A DNA stretch of 32,162 nt, taken from Candidatus Micrarchaeia archaeon. GTDB taxonomy: Archaea > Micrarchaeota > Micrarchaeia > Micrarchaeales > CABMGC01. Below the pieces are notes generated by a model that worked only from the letters and a program-made list of their open reading frames with translations, was not told the DNA's origin and did no database searches. The number at the start of each line of letters is the position of its first letter. The stretch's first letter is position 1. Of this stretch, positions 1-7,474 are shown in pieces. Where the stretch lies: contig JBMFHL010000006.1 of assembly GCA_049976845.1 (NCBI GenBank), positions 1-32,162 of the forward strand, given 5' to 3'. The translations under genes were made by a program, and so were the position numbers.

Positions 1-1290
1 GTCGCCGCATTGCTCATAGCATTTGGCATGCAATCATTCTCACAGGCCAATTTTGCATATCCATTATACATTGCAACTATAGGCATAGTAAGCAGCCTCT
101 TCAGCATGCTTTTCATGAAGGTGAAGGGCGAAAATGCCACGAAAGCGCTTTACAAAGGCATAGGTTCTGCAGTAATTATTGCAGCCGTATTGGATTCTGC
201 CCTTACTTGGTATATGAATTTGCCAGTATACTATTTCATAGCCGTATTCTCGGGCTTGGTCCTTGCAATATTGATATTCTGGATAACCGATTATTATACC
301 GGCAATGAAAGCAAAGCAGTCATAAAAGTTGCAGACGCTGCAAGAGGTGGCGGAGGCACCGATGTTATAATGGGCCTTGCTACCGGACTTCGCACTACTT
401 GGCTCCCAGTGCTTGCAATAGTCGCGGCAATATTCGTGAGCTATGAATTGGTAGGCGTTTATGGAATAGGCATAGCCGCTGTTGGCATGCTCTCGCTCAC
501 TGCAACAATACTTACAATAGACTCCTTTGGCCCTATAACTGACAATGCCGGAGGCATAGCAGAGATGGCTGGATTGGAAGAGCATGTGAGGAAGGTCACA
601 GACAAGCTTGATGCAATAGGGAACACTACAAAGGCAACCACAAAAGGATTTGCAATAGGTGGCGCAGCTCTATCAGCAACAGCGCTGTTTGTCGCATTTG
701 CCCAGGCTGTGCATCTTAATGTTATTGATGCCCTTAACCCTGTAGTCACAATAGGCATATTCATAGGGGCTCTGCTTCCGTTTATCTTCTCCTCGTTCCT
801 AATGGAGGCAGTTGGCAAGGCTGCTAACCTAATGGTCGAAGAGGTAAGGAGGCAGGTAAAGACTATAAAAGGCCTTCTTCAGGGCAAAGCTAAGCCAGAT
901 TATGCAAAGGCTGTTGACATAGCAACAGTAAATGCGCTGAAATCATTGGCGCTGCCAGAGCTTATAGCAATAGTAACACCTATAGCTGTCGGATTAATAC
1001 TTGGCAAGGAAGCATTAGGTGGTCTGCTTGTCGGCATGATACCAGCAAGCTTCATGCTTGCGCTCTTCATGGCTAACAGCGGAGCGACAATGGACAACGC
1101 AAAGAAGTACATAGAAAGCGGGCATTTCGGAGGAAAAGGCAGCGATGCACACAAAGCAGCAGTAGTTGGAGACACAGTCGGAGATCCTTTGAAGGACACG
1201 GCAGGACCGGCACTAAATTCAATGATAAAGGTAGTAAGCACGATCTCAATACTTCTTGCCCCTGTGTTTATAACCTTTGCACTTCTCTAA
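1..1290 (+). CDS. hppA: Membrane-bound H+-translocating pyrophosphatase, K+-independent type (5' part lies outside the window)
   Basis: Motifs DSFGPITDNAGGIAEM, DAIGNTTKA, DNAKKYIE, GDTVGDPLKDTAGPALN and many TM helices. Lys in GNTTKA is the known K+-independence determinant. Confidence 0.95.
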   Translation, partial: VAALLIAFGMQSFSQANFAYPLYIATIGIVSSLFSMLFMKVKGENATKALYKGIGSAVIIAAVLDSALTWYMNLPVYYFIAVFSGLVLAILIFWITDYYTGNESKAVIKVADAARGGGGTDVIMGLATGLRTTWLPVLAIVAAIFVSYELVGVYGIGIAAVGMLSLTATILTIDSFGPITDNAGGIAEMAGLEEHVRKVTDKLDAIGNTTKATTKGFAIGGAALSATALFVAFAQAVHLNVIDALNPVVTIGIFIGALLPFIFSSFLMEAVGKAANLMVEEVRRQVKTIKGLLQGKAKPDYAKAVDIATVNALKSLALPELIAIVTPIAVGLILGKEALGGLLVGMIPASFMLALFMANSGATMDNAKKYIESGHFGGKGSDAHKAAVVGDTVGDPLKDTAGPALNSMIKVVSTISILLAPVFITFALL

Positions 1291-1312
1291 TTTTTCTTTT
1301 TCTTTTCTTTTT
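1291..1312 (+). terminator. Oligo-T archaeal-type terminator after hppA
   Basis: TTTTTCTTTTTCTTTTCTTTTT immediately follows the stop codon. Confidence 0.65.
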
Positions 1313-1328
1313 GCTAACTTCTTACAAT

Positions 1329-1354
1329 TCTTGCTATAATATCTTGCTATAATA
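1329..1354. repeat. 13-bp tandem duplication (TCTTGCTATAATA x2)
   Basis: Copies at 1329-1341 and 1342-1354, between hppA and the tRNA-Ile 3' end. Confidence 0.85.
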
Positions 1355-1392
1355 TATTGTCTTGGGCAGCACTGCATTGCGATAAGTATCCG

Positions 1393-1492
1393 TGGGCCCG
1401 GAGAGATTTGGACTCTCGACCTCCCGATTTCAAAGCACTTGAATTCTCAAGCTTATCAGTCGGGCGCTCCAACCAGGCTAAGCTACGAGCCC
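1393..1492 (-). tRNA. tRNA-Ile(GAT) with 25-nt intron at 37/38 (intron 1429-1453); CCA not encoded
   Basis: Reverse complement folds: acceptor GGGCTCG/CGGGCCC, anticodon stem CCCGA/TCGGG, loop CT-GAT-A^intron^A, T-arm GAGAG-TCCAAAT-CTCTC. Confidence 0.93.
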
Positions 1493-1601
1493 GCACTATA
1501 TTATTCAGCGAATATAATTAAATATTTGCTAAATCTGCAATGTTTCTCCAGCAATAAGCAATGGGTAGAATTTAATAACCTTTTTGCATATATAACATAT
1601 T

Positions 1602-2576
1602 ATGCTTCCTATGATCTCTTTCATGCTGATAAACTTATACAATCCTACAGTTGTGGGTGTATCCTCTGCTCTTATAATAGCGTTTCTTCTTGGAATAGTT
1701 CATGGCATAACTCCTGATGAGCATACATGGCCAATTACATTCAGCTATGCAATAGGCTCATACAGCACCAAAAAAGGGGCAAAGGCCGGTTTATTGTTCT
1801 CTGCAGGCTTTACTGTGCAGAGGGCCATTTTAGCAGAACTCGCATATCTCGCTCTTGCGCCTTTCCTGCTTTCAAATAATATAGATGGCGCAATCTACAT
1901 AGTTGTAGGCATAGTGATGGCATTATCTGGCTTCTACATATTAAAGAAGGGAATTTACATTCATTGGCATAGCCTTGCAAATCTTACATGCAGGTTCTTC
2001 CATATCTGCATGGGTATGCATGACAAGGACATATATGAAAAAGAAGGATTAGAGAGCCACGACATGTTTGCCGAGCACAAGGTGCTAGAGCCGCGCGCTG
2101 TTCCATTGAAGCTTACATTCGCTCACGGACTTATAGCGGGCTTTGGCTTCGGCGCTTTTGCCTTAATACTGTATACAGTAATTGTGCCGCAGATGCCCAA
2201 TGCCTGGGTTGCCTGGATTCCTGGCATGCTCTTTGGCATAGGGACTATGGTGATGCAGGTGATATTTGGGGCTCTGATGGGCTTCTGGCTCAAGACAAGG
2301 AAATATGCAGAAAACCAGATAGCATACATAGCAAAGAAAACCTCCGGAAGAATGCTGGCATATGGTGGGATTGTCTTTGCAATTGCAGGAATTATACTAA
2401 TACTGTTTCCACAGCTCTACAACTACAACATAATTACCCCGCTTAAGATCCACAACCTGCACAGTCTGGGTATAGGGTTCATACTGGTAATAGCGGTTGT
2501 CGGCATAATCTCAATCCCCTCGTATCTGTACGCAGTGAAAGAGTCAAAGAAGCTTAAGCCAGACAAATACAAGTAG
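1602..2576 (+). CDS. Ni/Co permease-like membrane protein (UreH/HupE/NiCoT-related, TauE/SafE-like)
   Basis: TM1 motif GIVHGITPDEH resembles HxxxxDH, there is a His/Cys-rich central loop, a second repeat HGLIAGFG, and about 8 TM segments. Confidence 0.65.
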   Translation: MLPMISFMLINLYNPTVVGVSSALIIAFLLGIVHGITPDEHTWPITFSYAIGSYSTKKGAKAGLLFSAGFTVQRAILAELAYLALAPFLLSNNIDGAIYIVVGIVMALSGFYILKKGIYIHWHSLANLTCRFFHICMGMHDKDIYEKEGLESHDMFAEHKVLEPRAVPLKLTFAHGLIAGFGFGAFALILYTVIVPQMPNAWVAWIPGMLFGIGTMVMQVIFGALMGFWLKTRKYAENQIAYIAKKTSGRMLAYGGIVFAIAGIILILFPQLYNYNIITPLKIHNLHSLGIGFILVIAVVGIISIPSYLYAVKESKKLKPDKYK

Positions 2577-3533
2577 TCAATTCCTTTTTATTAGTTGCGA
2601 GAATCCTTTGAGGTCATTCTCCATAATAGTCTTCACTCTCTTGAACCTAAGCGCAGCTGCAGGATGGTATGTCAGAAGATAGGTAATTCCATCTTTGCTT
2701 ACTGATTTTCCATGTAGCAAACCTATTGCATTCATTTGCAAGAGCGCAGAGAGTGCCACATTGCCTAGAACTACAATATATCTTGGCTTTACTATCTCTA
2801 TCTGCTTAATCAAGAACGGTCTGCATCTTTCTATCTCTTCAGGGCTTGGCACCCTGTTTTTCGGAGGAAAGAATTGCACAGCGCTTGTTATATAAACATT
2901 TTTTCTTTTTATGCCAGCATGCTTGAGCAGCTCCTCCAAAAGCATGCCGCTTCTTCCAACAAACGGCCTTTGCATTATATCCTCATTGTTTCCAGGAGCC
3001 TGCCCAACCACCATTATATCTGCATCAAGCGGCCCTTCCCCAGGCACAAATCTTCTGCTAAGGCTCCATCCTTTGCTTTTTTCAAGAAGCGCGTACTCTT
3101 TGTTGAGCTTCTTCATTGCTTCATATCTAGAAATGTAGTCAAACACCTTTGGAACAAGCACCTTCATATCCTTATATCTCAATTCATGCATAGCAGAACT
3201 GTAGTCAAGCCATTTGTACCCAGAATGTTCACTCGATACGATGACCTTGTTGCGGTTGCTCTCTGCAAGGAATAATGTCACAGTTTTAACTATCTTATCT
3301 TTCCCCTCATAAAAAAAATATTTGTTTACCCTTTTAAAGAACGCTATAAATTTTACCTCCAATCCTGTTTCTTCCTTTATCTCCCTATGTGCGGCCTGCT
3401 CGGCGCTTTCTCCTTTTTCTATGTGGCCTTTAGGTATGTCCAAATCCCCTTTTGGGCTTAGCAGGAACAGCATTTCGATGCTGCTGCCTCTTACCCTATA
3501 TATGAATGACCCTGCCGAAAACTCAAATTTCAT
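2577..3533 (-). CDS. NUDIX hydrolase (Ap4A-hydrolase-like) fused to a family-4-like uracil-DNA glycosylase
   Basis: Nudix box PKGHIEKGESAEQAAHREIKEETGL and SSEHSGYKW. C-terminal half has VPGEGP, VGQAPG, PFVGRSG and TYHPAAALR. Confidence 0.9.
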   Translation of the reverse strand: MKFEFSAGSFIYRVRGSSIEMLFLLSPKGDLDIPKGHIEKGESAEQAAHREIKEETGLEVKFIAFFKRVNKYFFYEGKDKIVKTVTLFLAESNRNKVIVSSEHSGYKWLDYSSAMHELRYKDMKVLVPKVFDYISRYEAMKKLNKEYALLEKSKGWSLSRRFVPGEGPLDADIMVVGQAPGNNEDIMQRPFVGRSGMLLEELLKHAGIKRKNVYITSAVQFFPPKNRVPSPEEIERCRPFLIKQIEIVKPRYIVVLGNVALSALLQMNAIGLLHGKSVSKDGITYLLTYHPAAALRFKRVKTIMENDLKGFSQLIKRN

Positions 3534-3541
3534 TCAAATCA

Positions 3542-5080
3542 TCAGCCATTAATAATTTTCTCCTGCAAACAGTATGCACTCAATAAATCGCTTTCAGTAG
3601 AAGCATTGTATAGATCAAAATTTACAAAATCATATGCGCTGCTGTAAAGCCAGTTGTAGGAATTGCAATTAAGTTTAAGGTTTTCCACAGGTTCCGGTAT
3701 CACCATAAATTCTTCTATCATTGCAAGCGAATTATAGTTAGAGATATAAGGGACAAGTTCCTCTGTCACAAATAACGTTGTGTTTTTAGACTCTAACTTG
3801 TACACTTTTACGTTTAGCCCTGTGCTTGTCAGATAATTGCTCTCTCCAATTATACTAACATTTGTGAGTAGAGTCTTCTGCTCCTCAGGATTTGGCAATG
3901 TGATGAAAAGCACCACAGGATTTGTAGTGTTGAATGTATTGTTTACAAAAAATATTACGCTGCTTAAGTTTGAAATCGTAAACTCCTTAGTAAACCAACC
4001 TGTAGTATTTATGCTACTTGAAACAAAATTCTCAAAAGCGCTGCTGTTAGAATTCAAAGCCTTAATATTTTCAAAGTAAATGGGTGATATCATAAGAGAA
4101 TGTGGATAGTTGAATGATATAATATAATATAAAAGCGAGCAGGCAATAGCAAGCACCATAGCAATTAGCAAGTAGCCATTTTTGTTTTTATCCCTTAATC
4201 TAGCACTGCCTTTCTGCGCTTTTGCTTTATCTACTTGCAATTTCAAGCCAAATTTACCTGCTAGTAATATAATGACAATGAGCGAAATGTAAAATATAAA
4301 TATGCCTGCAAACGAGTGCGCAAAAGATGTGCTTGCATTTGGTCCGTATTCAAACCATGCAGTTGCTATTGCAAACATGCGCAGCACATTCAAGAGCAGA
4401 AGCAAAAGAAAGCCAGAAAAGACCCAATAAAATTTGTTAATATTTTTTCCATCGTAAAGGTAGGCTACGGGCACAAGGAACATTACTATTGCGATCAATG
4501 CGCCTATACCAGCACAGCTCTCGCCTATGCCAAGCACGTAGCCGTTCAGCTTTATTGTTCCTGGCAAAATGTAAGTGGCGCTGCTCGCGAAAAAGTGCAG
4601 TATGGAGTATACTATAATGGTATTCATCTCTGCAAAAGGGGCGTTTAACTCGAATATTGGGCTCATCAGAATTGGGGAAGCAAAAAGAGCGTATACAAGC
4701 AATGCCTTAAAGTAGTTTATGCTCTTGAAGCCAAAAAGTACTATGATTAGTCCTGCAATGCCCAGCGGTAGCACAAGAAGATCGAGCCTATAGCTCATGA
4801 AGACAAAAGAAAAAGCCGATCTTAAATATATAGTGCAGATTACAAACAATGCAAAAACAATCAATCCTATAGCAATGCTTTTTTTATCTGTTTTGACTTC
4901 TATTTTTTTCTTGAATGTAAACAACGCAAGCAACGGCATCATGATTAACGGGACAATTATGTAAGTGGAAGGGTCCGTGTCAAGTATATTTGGTTGCGTA
5001 GCAAGGAAGGAGTTTGCGAGCATTATAAGCAGTGCAACCAAAAAAACTGCAATCACGGCTCGCTTATGATTGAAATTCAT
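3542..5080 (-). CDS. Archaeosortase/exosortase-family transpeptidase with an extra C-terminal extracellular domain
   Basis: Cys-Arg-His triad motifs GIGESCAG, LNVLRM and FAHSFAG in a multi-TM core, then about 190 aa rich in Asn/Ser/Thr after the last TM. Confidence 0.85.
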   Translation of the reverse strand: MNFNHKRAVIAVFLVALLIMLANSFLATQPNILDTDPSTYIIVPLIMMPLLALFTFKKKIEVKTDKKSIAIGLIVFALFVICTIYLRSAFSFVFMSYRLDLLVLPLGIAGLIIVLFGFKSINYFKALLVYALFASPILMSPIFELNAPFAEMNTIIVYSILHFFASSATYILPGTIKLNGYVLGIGESCAGIGALIAIVMFLVPVAYLYDGKNINKFYWVFSGFLLLLLLNVLRMFAIATAWFEYGPNASTSFAHSFAGIFIFYISLIVIILLAGKFGLKLQVDKAKAQKGSARLRDKNKNGYLLIAMVLAIACSLLYYIISFNYPHSLMISPIYFENIKALNSNSSAFENFVSSSINTTGWFTKEFTISNLSSVIFFVNNTFNTTNPVVLFITLPNPEEQKTLLTNVSIIGESNYLTSTGLNVKVYKLESKNTTLFVTEELVPYISNYNSLAMIEEFMVIPEPVENLKLNCNSYNWLYSSAYDFVNFDLYNASTESDLLSAYCLQEKIING

Positions 5081-5197
5081 GCACTCACTTGTCCTCAGCC
5101 GATATAGGCTTCATCATATTCAGCAGTTACTCTTTTCTTCACAGGACACAGGTAATTTACATTTTACATATATAAGTTTATCTATCAATAACCTATC

Positions 5198-5638
5198 ATG
5201 GAGAAAAGACACAGGTTTAGGTATCTTCCCCATACAGCTGAGATAAAATTTAAGGCATATGGAAATAACTTTAGTTCTGCAATAGAAAGTGCAGCAGCTG
5301 CAATGCTCAATGTTATGCTTGACATTAAAAAAATAGAGAGGAGCAATGCAATTGCAGGTAAGATTAGCATAGTGGAGCGCGCTAGCACAAGAGAGGAGTT
5401 GGTGTGGTATACTTTGCAAGATATACTTTCAAAGGTCGATGAGAAAACGCTTAACGCTTATGAATTTAAAGTATTAAGGATAAAAGAGGGCAAAAGCGAT
5501 ATAAACCTAAAGGGCGTGCTGCTTTTCAGAAAAGTCAAGGAGGATTTTCATCTTTTAGAAGTAAAAGCGGTAACCCCTTCTGAATTGTCTGTAAAAGAAG
5601 GGAGTAGATGGAGCATAAGCGTAATACTAGACGTCTAG
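5198..5638 (+). CDS. Archease (RtcB tRNA-ligase cofactor)
   Basis: N-terminal FRYLPHTAEI..AYG, C-terminal EVKAVT...VILDV, 146 aa. Confidence 0.93.
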   Translation: MEKRHRFRYLPHTAEIKFKAYGNNFSSAIESAAAAMLNVMLDIKKIERSNAIAGKISIVERASTREELVWYTLQDILSKVDEKTLNAYEFKVLRIKEGKSDINLKGVLLFRKVKEDFHLLEVKAVTPSELSVKEGSRWSISVILDV

Positions 5639-5693
5639 AAAAAACTTTTAGTAGAGATCTTTGTGCCTCAGAAACCAATAATATAAGATTATG

Positions 5694-5764
5694 AGCCAGG
5701 AGAGGGAGTTGAACCCCCCTTTGCCGCTCTGCAGGCGGCCGCATAGCCGATCTGCCATCCTGGC
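5694..5764 (-). tRNA. tRNA-Cys(GCA)
   Basis: Acceptor GCCAGGA/TCCTGGC, discriminator U, anticodon arm GCCGC-CT-GCA-GA-GCGGC, T-loop TTCAACT. Confidence 0.95.
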
Positions 5765-5870
5765 ATTGGCTGTTTACAGCTGAGTGGTTTAAATCAGCTC
5801 ATCATATATAAATACAACCTTATAAATAAATTTATAGGTTTATAATATTAACATATAAGAAGGGGTTTGG

Positions 5871-6998
5871 ATGATAGCATTTGAGGGCATACCGAGCGAA
5901 TTTGTGACAAAAACGCCAATATACGAGTATAAAGTGCCAATAACAGAAGCGCTTGATAAAATAAATCAGCTTACCGCTGTAGTGATAACGAAGAACAAGA
6001 GCTATTATGGGATAGTTGACGACAGGACGTTGACAAGGAAAGGCACGCTTAAGCTTACAAAAAAGTACTCAATAGGGAAATTTGCAAAAAAGGTTCCATT
6101 ACTCGACAATTCAACGTCGATAGAAAAGGCCATAGTATATTTCTATACGGAAGGCGTGAAGGCGCTGCCATACATGGAAGGAGATGTGATAAAAGGCGTA
6201 GTAAAAAGAAGTGAGATGCTTAAGGCAATACTCTCCTTCCACATGCTCTCTAATATAAAGGTTGAGAGTGCAATGACCTCACCAATAATAGCAATAGACA
6301 GCAATGCCAATATGGCACAGGCAAAGGATGCAATGCAGGAGAATAAAGTGAACAGGCTTGCAGTAATAAACAACGGAAAGCTGTTCGGAATAATAACCTA
6401 CAAGGACATGATGAAGGCATTCTCAACTTCTAGCGGAAGGGCGCCAAAGTATAAAAATTACTATTCATTGAGCGGCACCACTGTTGGGAGTGCATGCGAG
6501 AGAAACATACATACAATAGAGCAGAACATGCTTGTGGACAATGCAATAAGGGAGTTCCTTAACAAGAACATCTCCTCCCTTATAGTTACACGCAACCAGA
6601 AACCAGTCGGAATAATAACCGTAAAGGATGTATTTGAGCTCATTGCCTCTTCATCATTGGAGAGTGCAAACAAAGTTATAATATCAGGGCTTGACGATTA
6701 TACAAAGGAGTATGAAGAAGACATAAAGGCAGAGCTTAATGACCTGGCAAATAAAATAAACAGGTTCCGCAGGATAGGTGTAAATTACATAAGCCTAAAC
6801 ATAAAAAGGTCAAAGACGAGGAACTACGAGATGAGAGGTAAACTCGTACTCAAAAAGGGCGGAACGTTTGCAGCAGCATCACAGGGTTATTCTCTAGAGT
6901 CTGTATTGCGCGATATAACAAAAAAGCTCTATAAGTTTGCAGAGGGGAAAAAGGAGATAGTAATCAAGAATAAAAGAGAGAATGAGGTGCATGAATAA
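5871..6998 (+). CDS. Four-CBS-domain protein with C-terminal HPF/RaiA-like domain (putative ribosome hibernation factor)
   Basis: CBS motifs YGIVD, KGVVK, AMT-SP..LAV...LFGIITYKD, SSLIV...PVGIITVKD. The last ~105 aa follow the beta-alpha-beta-beta-beta-alpha pattern of HPF, ending GYSLESVLRDITKKL. Confidence 0.75.
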   Translation: MIAFEGIPSEFVTKTPIYEYKVPITEALDKINQLTAVVITKNKSYYGIVDDRTLTRKGTLKLTKKYSIGKFAKKVPLLDNSTSIEKAIVYFYTEGVKALPYMEGDVIKGVVKRSEMLKAILSFHMLSNIKVESAMTSPIIAIDSNANMAQAKDAMQENKVNRLAVINNGKLFGIITYKDMMKAFSTSSGRAPKYKNYYSLSGTTVGSACERNIHTIEQNMLVDNAIREFLNKNISSLIVTRNQKPVGIITVKDVFELIASSSLESANKVIISGLDDYTKEYEEDIKAELNDLANKINRFRRIGVNYISLNIKRSKTRNYEMRGKLVLKKGGTFAAASQGYSLESVLRDITKKLYKFAEGKKEIVIKNKRENEVHE

Positions 6999-7467
6999 CA
7001 TAAAGAAGGGATTTAGGGCGCAGTCAAGCTTCGAGCTACTTATAACCCTCTCCTTTGGCTTAGCAATTCTTTTGCCAATAGTCGTTCTTGCTTTTATGCA
7101 GATAGCAAGCTCAAGTGCTTCTCTGGCTTCGATAGAATCGCAGCAGGCGGCTTCAAAGATAGCAAGTGTGGCATCATTTGTTGGCAGCGAAGGGCCACCT
7201 GCAAGGCAAATAACGCAGATACAAGTTCCTCCAGGAGTTCAATACATCTATATCGGTTCGCAGAGCGGCGCTACAGGCCACTTAATAATTTTCGTAGTGA
7301 GATCACCATCAGGGCTTAGCTCAGTGACAGCATACACGCCAGTGAATGTGAGCGGCAATCTTGGTGGCATAAGTTCTACAGGAACATATCTAATAAATAT
7401 AACAGCAATGAGCGTCTGCCCCACATCTGCGCCGATGCCTTGCGTTTATATTACCCCATTTACATAG
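6991..7467 (+). CDS. Class III signal-peptide (type IV pilin-like) protein
   Basis: MNNIKKGFRA|QSSFELLITL, with E at +5 and a hydrophobic helix. SD GAGGTG at 6984-6989 favours the ATG at 6991. Confidence 0.85.
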   Translation: MNNIKKGFRAQSSFELLITLSFGLAILLPIVVLAFMQIASSSASLASIESQQAASKIASVASFVGSEGPPARQITQIQVPPGVQYIYIGSQSGATGHLIIFVVRSPSGLSSVTAYTPVNVSGNLGGISSTGTYLINITAMSVCPTSAPMPCVYITPFT

Positions 7468-7474
7468 TGTTTCG

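Noticed and set aside
1329..1393. Integrated element or att site at tRNA-Ile (also checked the Cys and Gln tRNAs)
   Set aside because: No integrase and no duplicated tRNA 3' end seen. The 13-bp tandem is most simply slippage.
1439..1717. ORFs 1439-1717, 5535-5744 and 23561-23818
   Set aside because: They overlap tRNA genes or real CDSs and have no protein-like features.
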